Shown here: positions 19,926 through 30,038 of the stretch, one piece after another
Numbering within the stretch: the first letter of the stretch is position 1
Layout of the letters: each line of letters opens with the position of its first letter
Source of the DNA: an uncultured Gammaproteobacteria bacterium
GTDB lineage: Bacteria > Patescibacteriota > Microgenomatia > Levybacterales > UBA12049
DNA length: 64,000 bases
NCBI GenBank assembly: GCA_964490105.1
Contig: CAZAZU010000001.1
Location: forward strand, 306,361-370,360
Direction: 5' to 3'
Made by a program: the position numbers and the translations under genes
Notes under the pieces: generated by a model
The model's database searches: none
The model's input: the letters and a program-made list of their open reading frames with translations, nothing else
Told to the model about the DNA's origin: nothing

Positions 19926-21919
19926 AATCTTTCAATATTACCATCTGAGACCTTCAAAATGCTGACTAGAATTTTATCATTAAACTCAAAATTTTTTATT
20001 TGTCGTAAATTATAAAATAAGGGGACATTTGATAAATTTATAACACAGTAAGACTCTTTGCAGGATTTCATTTTAATATTTGTCGTTCGATTATCTTTTG
20101 TGATTATTTTTAAAGTAAAATAATCATCAGTTACATTTCCACTATTCACCAGCAATATTATCTTATCTGAGCTTACATTATTATTTTCTAAATATTTGTT
20201 AATTTTTTTCTGATTGAAATCTTTTGTTAAAAATTTATTGTCTGCATTTATGATATATCTCTCTTTATTTCTTCCTTCAGATAAAGGTATGGATTCTAAG
20301 TTAATATCTAAAAGATGTTTTTTATACTCACTTGCAAGTTTGTAGTTATTATTCAAAAAGAAATCGGAGTTTTGGTGTCTTTCGAGTATTAGAAAATTCC
20401 CCGCAGAATCCTTAACTGAATAATTACCAAGAATGTATTTCAGTTCATAAACACCTCTAATATAATTTGGAACTTCATCTTGAATCGCTTTATTTCGTGT
20501 ATTAACTACGACATAATTTATATTATTTTTAAGATAATTAATATTCATGATCTGGGAAGTTTTAGAAGAAGCTTCATATATGCTAGTAAAATAGGGTTGT
20601 TTTTGTTTTAAAAGTACATAGAAAATAGGATCACCTGGATAGCTTAAAATTTTATTATTAAAATTTTCATATTTCATCAGCTTCTGGATAACTAATTTAT
20701 ATTCATCAGAATTCGCAACACTACCCATATTTAAATTATGGCAATTTTTTCGTGTCGGGTTAGAAAAGTTTGATTTAGTTATTCCGGAGTTATTTCCATA
20801 TGCAAGATAAAAAATACCAATTATTAACATCACTACAATTAAACAGGTTATTCTTATTAATGTATTATTTTCTAATCTTTTCTTGGACTGGGTAATAATT
20901 TCCCAAAAAATTATTGCAAATAAAACAAATGCGATGAAAGATATATTATTTTCCATTAGCCTGACTATGTTTTTCTGTTCAAGTAAAATAATTGTAAAAA
21001 TTAAACCAATTTCAAAGTATGTATAAAGGGATTTTTTCCTTTTCTGAACAAATTTATAAGTTATAAAAAGAATGGCAAAACTTAAAACTCCTACAGAAAA
21101 TAAATTATTTAGTGAAATAAACAGATTAAACAAAGGTGTTTTTGATAATAATGGAAATTCAGGAAGACTTACTGTTAAATAGTACCAAAACATTTCTAAG
21201 GCATTATTTTTAGTTAGATAATATACAAAAGGTAGTAGACCCAAAAAGCTCCCAAAAACGAAATAGCTTAATCTTATAAATATCGGCCTTAGAAATAATT
21301 TTGTTTTTACCTTTCTAAAATTTGAGAGAACTTCCACAAATTGAAAAAGGAAGAAAATTATAAAACCAAATATTCCTTGATCATGAAAAAGCCAGAATAT
21401 GATAGATAAAATAAAACCTGAAAGAAAATAAAATCTACTGCTATCTCTATTCGCGTAAAAACAATAAGACAAAACAGTTGATATTGCTAAGGAAATCCCA
21501 TATCTATTAAAAGTTCCAGTATTTGCGATAAAAATTATAAAAAATAAAAATGGAACAAAAATAATATAGGTAATTTGCTTTAATTTAAAAATTTTTCTAA
21601 AGAAGAAAATAAGTGTATTTAAAACTAAGAGAGAAAATATTAAATAAAGAATTAAAAATAATGTATTTCCATCTCTAAAATATGGCAATAGTCCGTAAGG
21701 ATAATATAGATCTCTATAAGGGATGAAATTGTTTGAAGCCGAATAGTTCCATGTTAAAAAAGTTTGAAAATCAAAATCTGAAAATCTTAAATATCCCGTA
21801 CAAAGGCTAAAATAATTAACTACTAATAATGTGATATTTAAAAATATTACTAAAAATAATTCATCTAAATTTTTTTTTAAATATCCTGAGTAAATTTTTA
21901 TTTTTTTCTTATATACCAT
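19919..21919 (-). CDS. Multi-pass membrane protein, probable GT-C glycosyltransferase
   Basis: PYRDLYYPYG loop motif, about 11 TM segments and a large C-terminal soluble domain. Confidence 0.55.
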   Translation of the reverse strand: MVYKKKIKIYSGYLKKNLDELFLVIFLNITLLVVNYFSLCTGYLRFSDFDFQTFLTWNYSASNNFIPYRDLYYPYGLLPYFRDGNTLFLILYLIFSLLVLNTLIFFFRKIFKLKQITYIIFVPFLFFIIFIANTGTFNRYGISLAISTVLSYCFYANRDSSRFYFLSGFILSIIFWLFHDQGIFGFIIFFLFQFVEVLSNFRKVKTKLFLRPIFIRLSYFVFGSFLGLLPFVYYLTKNNALEMFWYYLTVSLPEFPLLSKTPLFNLFISLNNLFSVGVLSFAILFITYKFVQKRKKSLYTYFEIGLIFTIILLEQKNIVRLMENNISFIAFVLFAIIFWEIITQSKKRLENNTLIRITCLIVVMLIIGIFYLAYGNNSGITKSNFSNPTRKNCHNLNMGSVANSDEYKLVIQKLMKYENFNNKILSYPGDPIFYVLLKQKQPYFTSIYEASSKTSQIMNINYLKNNINYVVVNTRNKAIQDEVPNYIRGVYELKYILGNYSVKDSAGNFLILERHQNSDFFLNNNYKLASEYKKHLLDINLESIPLSEGRNKERYIINADNKFLTKDFNQKKINKYLENNNVSSDKIILLVNSGNVTDDYFTLKIITKDNRTTNIKMKSCKESYCVINLSNVPLFYNLRQIKNFEFNDKILVSILKVSDGNIERLW

Positions 21920-22134
21920 AGAATAATGAATATGAAACTTGGGAAAAAGATAAGTATAAAAAACATCACAGTATCAAAATAATATGGATAACCATAATAC
22001 TGTGAATAACCCACTATCTTGTAGTCTGATATTTCAGGCGGCGGAAAAAATACCCTGATTCGCCTAAAAGATAACAAAAAAATGACGAGGAAAATTGCGT
22101 AAATAATTCCTGCTTTTATAAAAATCTTAGTCAT
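21898..22134 (-). CDS. Small two-TM membrane protein
   Basis: 78 aa with two hydrophobic segments, overlapping both neighbours in an operon-like run. Confidence 0.6.
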   Translation of the reverse strand: MTKIFIKAGIIYAIFLVIFLLSFRRIRVFFPPPEISDYKIVGYSQYYGYPYYFDTVMFFILIFFPSFIFIILWYIRKK

Positions 22135-22997
22135 ATCTCATTTAAATATCTTACTAATCCAGAATTTATATCAGGTAACGATATCCCCAATTTTTTCGCT
22201 TTTATATTCTTTAACACTGAATAAGTAGGCCTTCTATAGCCCGCATTTTCCTCTTCCTCACTCAATGGGACCACCTTTGAGGTTAACTTTTTATATTTAA
22301 TGATCTGTTTTGTAAAATCATACCAACTCATACCTCCTTCATTAACTAAGTGATATATTCCCGGTTTGGGCTTAAGGTTTACTAAATTAATACTAGACTC
22401 TGCTAAATCACCGGCGTATGTAGGACTAACGATTTGCTGATTACTAGCTTTAATAACCTTCTCGTTTTTTGACTCATTTAATATCCTGAGTACAAAGTTT
22501 CCTTTTTTACTCCTACTCCCCTTTCTACCCCTTCCGTAAATTCCGCAAGTTCTAATTACATAGGTACCCTGACTATATTCATTTAATGAATTAATTTCTC
22601 CCGCGTATTTACTTAGACCATAAATTTGTAATGGGTTTGGCATATCATTTTCCAGATATGGGGATGCCTGTTCCCCATCGAATACATAATTAGTACTATA
22701 TGTCACAAATAATGCTCCTGCTTCTTTCGATAGCCTGGCCAAGCTTCCTACGCTAATACAATTTATATTCATAGCTTTTAATGGATTTTTTTCGCATTTA
22801 CCTATTACATGATATGCGGAGGTGTTAAGAATTACCTTAGGTTTTGTTTTTCTTATAATTCTCTCAAGTGTTTTATGATCAGATACATCAAGTTCCTTTC
22901 TTGAATAGGCTTTAAATTTTATTTTACGGGATAATAAATTTTTTACTAAAGCATCTCCAAGCTGCCCATCTTTACCGATTACCAAAAAGTCAGTCAT
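22131..22997 (-). CDS. rmlD: dTDP-4-dehydrorhamnose reductase
   Basis: GKDGQLG, STNYVFDG, YGLSK and VSPTY motifs; adjacent to rmlC. Confidence 0.9.
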   Translation of the reverse strand: MTDFLVIGKDGQLGDALVKNLLSRKIKFKAYSRKELDVSDHKTLERIIRKTKPKVILNTSAYHVIGKCEKNPLKAMNINCISVGSLARLSKEAGALFVTYSTNYVFDGEQASPYLENDMPNPLQIYGLSKYAGEINSLNEYSQGTYVIRTCGIYGRGRKGSRSKKGNFVLRILNESKNEKVIKASNQQIVSPTYAGDLAESSINLVNLKPKPGIYHLVNEGGMSWYDFTKQIIKYKKLTSKVVPLSEEEENAGYRRPTYSVLKNIKAKKLGISLPDINSGLVRYLNEI

Positions 22998-23518
22998 ACC
23001 AGTGGCCAATTTTTATCTTTTTTTGCCATTACAGTTGGTTTTAATGGCCATGAGATACTAAACGAGGGATCATTCCACCTATATCCGATATTATGTGGCA
23101 AAGAAAATTCTCCAGACATTAGATAAAGAACTTCGCAGTTATTAATAAGAGCTTGGTAACCATGAGCAAACCCTTTCGGTATATACAAACATTGATTATC
23201 ATTTTCAGAAAATTCTTTTCCAAACCACTTACCGTATGTTTTAGATTGTGATCTCATATCTAAGACAACTTCAAAAATTTTCCCCCGTACGCATCTTACT
23301 AATTTCGCTTCCTCAAAAGGCTTTGATTGCATATGAAGTCCTCTTATGGTTCCTCTTTTTTTTGTGAAGGTGTATTTTACCTGTGTTAATTTAAATTTAA
23401 TATTATTCTCTTTATAAAAATCTTCATCATAATATTTTGCCAAATATCCTCTGTCATCATCAAATCTTTCTGATTCAACTATATACAAATCGCTAATCTT
23501 TGTCTTTATTAATTTCAT
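22994..23518 (-). CDS. rmlC: dTDP-4-dehydrorhamnose 3,5-epimerase
   Basis: DDRGY, GTIRGLH, YIPKGFAHG and RWNDP motifs. Start at ATG 23518. Confidence 0.95.
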   Translation of the reverse strand: MKLIKTKISDLYIVESERFDDDRGYLAKYYDEDFYKENNIKFKLTQVKYTFTKKRGTIRGLHMQSKPFEEAKLVRCVRGKIFEVVLDMRSQSKTYGKWFGKEFSENDNQCLYIPKGFAHGYQALINNCEVLYLMSGEFSLPHNIGYRWNDPSFSISWPLKPTVMAKKDKNWPLV

Positions 23519-23660
23519 AGAACGATCGTATATTAGCAAACTATTTATGCATAGTCTACTTTTCAAAAATATTCCAAAAGTAATAATTAAATTAAAAAAT
23601 ATTTAAAATATATCCAGTTTCAATCTTGTCATTTAATATGTGTTTGTATATTATATCTGC

Positions 23661-24917
23661 ATGCAAAAAAATAAGATAAACAAGAGTAGTAATAAAAAAA
23701 CAATATCTATTAAAAAATGCAGATCCTGTAACTCTACAAATCTTGAGGAAATAATTACTCTTGGAAATCTATATCTTTCAGATTTTTTACAAAAAAATGT
23801 AAAACCTAAGTCATTTCCCTTAACACTAGTTCTTTGCAATAAGTGTTTTCTCCTACAATTAAGACACACTTCTCCGCCCTCGTCTCTTTACACAGAAAGA
23901 TATGGGTATAAATCAGGAATAAACAAAACTATGAAATCAGAACTTGAAGAAATTGCTAAAGATGCATTAGTTAAGTTAAATAAAAAACCTAAGGAGATAA
24001 CAGTAGTGGATATTGGAGCAAATGATGGAACTTTATTAAGCTTTTATCCCAAGGAAGTATATAGAATCGCCGTAGAACCTATTAAGAAGTTTGCTAAAGA
24101 GAGTAAAAAACACGCAGATGAAGTAATAAATGATTTTTTTTCATATGAAACATTTACCAAAAAAATAAAAAACAAAAATGCAGATGTTGTAACTGCAATC
24201 TCCTGCTTTTATGACATGCCGGATCCAAATAAATTCGTAATGGATGTTAAAAAAATAATGAAAGATGATGGTATTTTTATTATCCAGCAAAACTATCTTG
24301 TTGGCATGCTTGAACAAAACGCATTCGATAACATAGTACATGAGCATTTGGAATATTACTCACTTCTTTCCCTTTCAAATCTTTTGAAAAAATATGATTT
24401 GGAAATTTTTGATGTAAAACTCAGGGATTTAAATGGCGGGAGTTTTAAAACATATATTGCTCATACCGGTAAAAGGACAATCTCGAAAAATGTTTTAAAA
24501 ATGCAACTAACTGAAAAAAAATTAAAACTCAATAATAAGAAAATTTATAAAGATTTTGGAAAAAGAATTAATGAAAATAAAAAAGAGCTATCTGAATTAA
24601 TTAAAAAAATATTAAAAGAAAAGAAATCAATCTACATTTATGGGGCGTCAACAAGAGGAAATACATTGCTACAGTTTTATAAATTAAACAATAAGCATAT
24701 TAAATATGCAGTTGAAAGAAATTCAGAAAAACATGGAAAAATAATAGCGTCTGTCGGAATACCAATAATATCTGAGGAGCAAGCAAGAATTGATCACCCT
24801 GATTACATGCTAATTCTACCGTGGTTTTTTAAATCAGAATTTCTTGAAAGAGAAAAAACTTATCTAAAAAAAGGCGGACATTTTATATTTCCTCTTCCTA
24901 AGCTGGAAGTTATTTAA
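23661..24917 (+). CDS. NDP-sugar C-methyltransferase, paralog 4
   Basis: CRSC/CNKC, DIGANDG, HEHLEYY and YGASTRG motifs. Confidence 0.9.
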   Translation: MQKNKINKSSNKKTISIKKCRSCNSTNLEEIITLGNLYLSDFLQKNVKPKSFPLTLVLCNKCFLLQLRHTSPPSSLYTERYGYKSGINKTMKSELEEIAKDALVKLNKKPKEITVVDIGANDGTLLSFYPKEVYRIAVEPIKKFAKESKKHADEVINDFFSYETFTKKIKNKNADVVTAISCFYDMPDPNKFVMDVKKIMKDDGIFIIQQNYLVGMLEQNAFDNIVHEHLEYYSLLSLSNLLKKYDLEIFDVKLRDLNGGSFKTYIAHTGKRTISKNVLKMQLTEKKLKLNNKKIYKDFGKRINENKKELSELIKKILKEKKSIYIYGASTRGNTLLQFYKLNNKHIKYAVERNSEKHGKIIASVGIPIISEEQARIDHPDYMLILPWFFKSEFLEREKTYLKKGGHFIFPLPKLEVI

Positions 24918-24931
24918 CAATATCGCATATA

Positions 24932-26707
24932 ATGTGGGCAGTAATGTTTTCAGATCCATACAGAACCGTCATTTTAAGTATCTTAGGAAGCATACTCTTG
25001 CTTTCATTTTTATTAATTAACAAATATTTTTACCCCAAAAAAGAAATTTCCTTTTTTAAATTATTAATCCTAATATCACTTCTTCCCCTATTAAGTCTTC
25101 TTAGGCCAGGAGTTTACGAAAGCGGAGATTTTAGTATCCATATATATAGAAGCATGGAATTCTACCAATCTCTTCAAGAAGGCCACCTGATGCCTTCTTG
25201 GGCAGGAAATTTAAACGCAACCTATGGATATCCGTTATTTAAATTTAATTATGTTTTCCCATACTACATAATAAGCTTTTTTCATTTTATCGGGTTTTCT
25301 TTCGTAACAAGCATGAAGCTTTTCTTTGCCTTTTGTTTTATCTTTTCGGGAATATCAATGTATTATTTAGGGAAAACATTATTTAAAAACGATCTTTCTG
25401 CATTTACTTCATCTATTTTTTATTTATTTGCCCCATACCATCTCATTTCGGTTCATTTTAAAAATACAATTGGCGAAATATTTGTTTTTGTAACAATTCC
25501 ATTGATTTTTGTTTTTATTGAAAAGTTTAAGCAAGATAAAAAACTTTCATATTTATTGCTATCAGGTCTTTTCCTGGGTATTACAGCATTGGGTCATATG
25601 TTCATAGCCATGGCCTTGATTCCCGTGATTTTTACATATACCCTAATTTGCCTTAGGAAAATTATATATTCTGGTATCTATTCAACATGCATAATTTTAA
25701 TAGCCGGATTAATCTCACTTTATCAATGGGGAGCTATTTTAATATATTCAAATAGTCTATATACCAGCCTATACCCAATCGACATTAATAACCTGTATTA
25801 CCCCACCTTAAGAGATCTTCTTTATTCACCATGGAAACTAGGTTTTTTATTTCAAGGAAGTTATGGAGAAATTTCCAATCTTTTGGGGTATGTGCAGATA
25901 TTTATACTCGTGAGCATAGTATATTTTCTACTTAAAGGAAGGGTTTCAAAAAAGCTACAAACAAATTTAATATTTCTGTTATTCATAGTTTCCATAACAA
26001 TTTTTATGGTAAACCGTGCTTCGATTGATATTTGGAGTTTGTTTCCTTTTATTAATGCTGCTGGTCCTCATAGACTTTTAATTCTTACAACATTTTCAAT
26101 ATCACTTATTGCTGGTTATTATGTACTTATTAAAAATAAGAACAAAAAGTTAATTTATATATTAATTTTTTTATGCATTGGAACCACTATTTTAAACTGG
26201 GGAAATAGAAGGGTAATTTCCAGTTTTAATGACAAAACACTAAGAGATTTTATTCCGTACAGTACTTATCGTACCGAAAGGCATTTTTATGCGAATACTA
26301 AGTGGGTTAATCCAGATTATCTGTGGTTTTCAAATCCTCCGAAAACTAAAATTGAAATTCTAGAAGGAAATGCGAAAATAATAGGAATTAAAAGAAACTC
26401 AACAGAACACACTTATATAATTGACGCAAAAAGCCCATTAACAGTAAGGGAAAATACCTTATACTTTCCTGATTGGTCGCTAAAGAGTAATGGAAAAAAT
26501 ATTTCCATATATCCTGATAAGAACGGTGTAATTTCCGCCAAACTTCCCGCAGGGCTTCAAATAGTTAAACTTAAATATGATGATTTATTAATTTTTAAAA
26601 TTTATAAACTAATCAGTGCTGTTACATTATTTTCATTAATTTTGTTTGTGAGTTATAAATTTATCCGTCAGCGTACTACTAAAAGCCTGATTTTCAAACA
26701 CCATTAG
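24932..26707 (+). CDS. PTPS-related/YfhO-like GT-C membrane protein
   Basis: GHLMPSWAGNLNATYGYPLF, FYLFAPYH and C-terminal ENTLYFPDW motifs. Confidence 0.75.
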   Translation: MWAVMFSDPYRTVILSILGSILLLSFLLINKYFYPKKEISFFKLLILISLLPLLSLLRPGVYESGDFSIHIYRSMEFYQSLQEGHLMPSWAGNLNATYGYPLFKFNYVFPYYIISFFHFIGFSFVTSMKLFFAFCFIFSGISMYYLGKTLFKNDLSAFTSSIFYLFAPYHLISVHFKNTIGEIFVFVTIPLIFVFIEKFKQDKKLSYLLLSGLFLGITALGHMFIAMALIPVIFTYTLICLRKIIYSGIYSTCIILIAGLISLYQWGAILIYSNSLYTSLYPIDINNLYYPTLRDLLYSPWKLGFLFQGSYGEISNLLGYVQIFILVSIVYFLLKGRVSKKLQTNLIFLLFIVSITIFMVNRASIDIWSLFPFINAAGPHRLLILTTFSISLIAGYYVLIKNKNKKLIYILIFLCIGTTILNWGNRRVISSFNDKTLRDFIPYSTYRTERHFYANTKWVNPDYLWFSNPPKTKIEILEGNAKIIGIKRNSTEHTYIIDAKSPLTVRENTLYFPDWSLKSNGKNISIYPDKNGVISAKLPAGLQIVKLKYDDLLIFKIYKLISAVTLFSLILFVSYKFIRQRTTKSLIFKHH

Positions 26708-26757
26708 ATATCTAAAGTAACATCTGATAAAATCAACAAAACTGCCTCCGGTTATTA

Positions 26758-28182
26758 ATGAATAATATTCTTATTGCCATTCCAACATATAACGAAGTTG
26801 ATAACGTTGAACAAATTTACAGGAAAATTAAATCTTCAAGATTAAATTCAGATATATTATTCGTTGATGATAATTCAAAGGATGGAACTTCAGGAATTAT
26901 CAAAGAAATACTTACAAAAGATAAATCAGTATTTTTAATTTCCAGAAAAAGAAAGATGGGAATTGGCAGCGCTCATCAGGAAGCAATTAGCTACGCATAC
27001 TCCAAAAAATATAAAAACCTAATAACTATGGATTCAGATTTCACGCACAAACCTGAGGACATAAAAAAATTTTTAAAAAAGAAAAAGTCAGGAGACGTAA
27101 TAGTTGGATCTCGATATATTTCCAAAGGAAGTCTTTCAGAATGGAATATAATCAGAAAAACGTTAACCTTAACAGCTCATTTTTTAACAAAAAATTTATT
27201 AAAGATGCCATATGACGCTACAAGTGCGTTTAGATTATATAATCTGGAAAAAATTCCAAAAGACATATTTTCAAAAGCAGAATCAGATAGCTACTCTTTT
27301 TTCTTTGAAAGTATGTTCATTCTTCATGTTAATAAATTTAAAATAAAAGAAGTTTCAATTGAGCTACCCGCAAGAACATATGGAAATTCAAAAATGACTT
27401 TTAAAGATATCTACACCAGCTTATCCTTACTAATGAAAACTTTTTTTCTTTATAAAACATATAAAGATTTATTTATATACACCCCGCAAGTATTATTACC
27501 CAGCAAAACACAGACTGATGAAGAAATTGAATGGGATAATTATTGGAAGTTTCAAAGAAAAAACAGAAAAATCCTTTATGACACTATTGCAATTTTTTAT
27601 CGTAAATATATTATTAGGCAAAACCTAAACAGGCAAATTAAATCTAATTTTAAAAAGAATTCAATCATTCTCCATGCAGGTTCAGGCGGAGGACAAGTAG
27701 ATTCAGATATCATAAAATATGTAAAGATAACAGCATTAGATATCTCCACCGGAGCATTAAATCTATACAAGAGGATATATGGCCAAGATTGTAAGGTAGT
27801 TCACGGAAGTATATTTAAAATTCCTGCAAAAAAAGAAAGCTTTGATGGCATTTACAACCTGGGAGTCATGGAGCACTTCAACGAAAAAGAAATCAGCAAA
27901 ATACTTAAAGAATTTAATAGGATACTTAAAAAGAACGGGAAAATTATTTTATTTTGGCCGCCTGCATTTGGAATAAGCGTTCTATTTCTTAACTCAATGC
28001 ATTTTATTTTAAATAATTTACTGGGAAAAAAGATCAGACTCCATCCAGAAGAAATTACAAAAGTTAAATCAAAAAAACAAATAATAAAGTTTCTTTCTCA
28101 GGCTGGATTTGAATTAGAAAAATTCAACTTCGGCCCAAGAGATCTTTTTACCTATGTGGTAATTGTCGCTGTAAAAAAATAA
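26758..28182 (+). CDS. Fusion of a DPM1-like GT2 and a class I SAM methyltransferase
   Basis: PTYNE, VDDNS, DSDFTH, then ILHAGSGGG and FDGIYNLGVMEHF. Confidence 0.85.
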   Translation: MNNILIAIPTYNEVDNVEQIYRKIKSSRLNSDILFVDDNSKDGTSGIIKEILTKDKSVFLISRKRKMGIGSAHQEAISYAYSKKYKNLITMDSDFTHKPEDIKKFLKKKKSGDVIVGSRYISKGSLSEWNIIRKTLTLTAHFLTKNLLKMPYDATSAFRLYNLEKIPKDIFSKAESDSYSFFFESMFILHVNKFKIKEVSIELPARTYGNSKMTFKDIYTSLSLLMKTFFLYKTYKDLFIYTPQVLLPSKTQTDEEIEWDNYWKFQRKNRKILYDTIAIFYRKYIIRQNLNRQIKSNFKKNSIILHAGSGGGQVDSDIIKYVKITALDISTGALNLYKRIYGQDCKVVHGSIFKIPAKKESFDGIYNLGVMEHFNEKEISKILKEFNRILKKNGKIILFWPPAFGISVLFLNSMHFILNNLLGKKIRLHPEEITKVKSKKQIIKFLSQAGFELEKFNFGPRDLFTYVVIVAVKK

Positions 28183-29187
28183 CTATTTATGTTTTCTCCA
28201 AAGCTTTAAATAAGCATCAGTAACATTTTCCCAGGTCTGATTTTTTACCCACTTGTATGCACTGTCTACAAACATTTTTGCTTGCTTTGGATTTTTCTGG
28301 AAATACATAACTTTTCTAGCTAACTTTTCTGGCGTATCTGCAGTAATTAGATACTTTATAAACGGTGTCATCTCTAAATAATCCTTTTTAACCGGGTTAT
28401 CATATAAAGCGAATACCATCCTTTTACTTGCAAAAGCCTCTAGGATTGAAAGGTAACGGCTTACAAAAGCGAAATTATATCTAGCTAAATATTCCATTGG
28501 TTCATTTTTAAACCCCAATGGTTTATATTTTTTTAATTTATTAAAGTATGGACCCTCACCTATGATTTTGAATTCAAAATTAGGTTTTATTTTTTGTATT
28601 CTCGAAACTGCTTTTGCGTAATCGATTATACCAGTGTGTTCGTCAAGCCTTCCTATAAAAACCGCAGAATTTACTTTATTAGGACTACGATTCTTATCTG
28701 GAATTCTAACTCCGCCATAAATTGTATAATCAGATTTAGTTTGGTACCACTTTTTCATAAACTCGCCAACTATAATATTTCCATCGGCCAGTTTTTCAGA
28801 TACTTTCCTTATTAAAAATGCCTTTTTAGAAATTGGGTAAGTTTCGTATCCATGAAATGTAATAAAACTTTTTTTACTCAAAAATAAGAATTTAAGCGGA
28901 AAATACTGATAATAAACATCATGCGCGTGCACTACATCTGCGTTTTTAAAAAGATTTCTATTTCTTAAAATCCATATCCAAATATAAAATTTTCTTCTTT
29001 TGCCTTGCGGAAGATTAGGAATTCTTTCTGTTTTTATTCCCTCAATCTCATGTAAATCGCCCTCTGATTCAGTAATAACTGTAACCTTATGCCCCTTTTT
29101 TATTAGAATCTTCGAAATCTCATACACGTGCTTCTCTACTCCGCCTTTATCCGGCCAAAATCTTCTTGTTAAGAAAACAATCTTCAT
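28183..29187 (-). CDS. Glycosyltransferase family 4
   Basis: GGVEKH, FIGRLD and LSILEA motifs. Confidence 0.85.
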   Translation of the reverse strand: MKIVFLTRRFWPDKGGVEKHVYEISKILIKKGHKVTVITESEGDLHEIEGIKTERIPNLPQGKRRKFYIWIWILRNRNLFKNADVVHAHDVYYQYFPLKFLFLSKKSFITFHGYETYPISKKAFLIRKVSEKLADGNIIVGEFMKKWYQTKSDYTIYGGVRIPDKNRSPNKVNSAVFIGRLDEHTGIIDYAKAVSRIQKIKPNFEFKIIGEGPYFNKLKKYKPLGFKNEPMEYLARYNFAFVSRYLSILEAFASKRMVFALYDNPVKKDYLEMTPFIKYLITADTPEKLARKVMYFQKNPKQAKMFVDSAYKWVKNQTWENVTDAYLKLWRKHK

Positions 29188-30014
29188 ATATATTTAGCAG
29201 GCAGATTTATAAACCTTATGATTCCCTCAGTTAAACTACCAACAATAAATCCATTATATTTTCTTAGAAATTCAAGCCTACTTTTTTCATAAGTTTTCTT
29301 AATCCATTCCAAATTCTGTGAACTTCTACCAACAAAATGAGTTACGCGTGCATTTGGAAAATAGACAATTCTTAATCCTGTCTTGCTGACTCTTTGACAA
29401 ATATCAGCTTCTTCGAAATACATAAAAAATCTCCTATCAAACCCTTTTATTGTTCTAAATATTTCGCTTCTTACCATCATACACGCACCACACAAAACCG
29501 GTATATCTTTTTCTTTTTCTCTATCAAAGTCTTTTAAAAAATATTTATTTGAAAAATAATTATTCGGAAACAGATTATTTATAGATGACAATGCAAAGAT
29601 AACATCAGGAATTTCTGGCAGATTGTTCCCTACTTTTCTTATTCTTTTTTTCTCATCTAAGAATGCAGGGCCAATTATTCCTATTGTTAAATCCGTTTCC
29701 ATTTTATTCACTAAGATTTCAATTGAGTTTCTTTCAAAGGTTAAATCGGGATTAGCTAATAAGAGATATTTGCCTTGAGCATCTTCTGCTCCCTTATTTA
29801 AACCCAGTCCGTATCCAACATTTTTATTTTTAATATATTTTATTTTTTTAATTTTAAATATTTTTTCAGGAAGTTTTTCAGTTGAAGCATTATCCACAAT
29901 GATAATTTCATAAGATAATTTATTGATAGCTTTTTTTATCGAGCTTACGGCGTCCAATATTTCAGATGGTGTATTATAATATACAAAAATTACGGAAACA
30001 TCGACTCGCTTCAT
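29184..30014 (-). CDS. GT2 glycosyltransferase (WbbL/rhamnosyltransferase-like)
   Basis: IVDNAS, NVGYG, LANPD and GFDRRFFMYFEEADIC motifs. Confidence 0.85.
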   Translation of the reverse strand: MKRVDVSVIFVYYNTPSEILDAVSSIKKAINKLSYEIIIVDNASTEKLPEKIFKIKKIKYIKNKNVGYGLGLNKGAEDAQGKYLLLANPDLTFERNSIEILVNKMETDLTIGIIGPAFLDEKKRIRKVGNNLPEIPDVIFALSSINNLFPNNYFSNKYFLKDFDREKEKDIPVLCGACMMVRSEIFRTIKGFDRRFFMYFEEADICQRVSKTGLRIVYFPNARVTHFVGRSSQNLEWIKKTYEKSRLEFLRKYNGFIVGSLTEGIIRFINLPAKYI

Positions 30015-30038
30015 TTGAGTGTAATTTTACCACAATAA

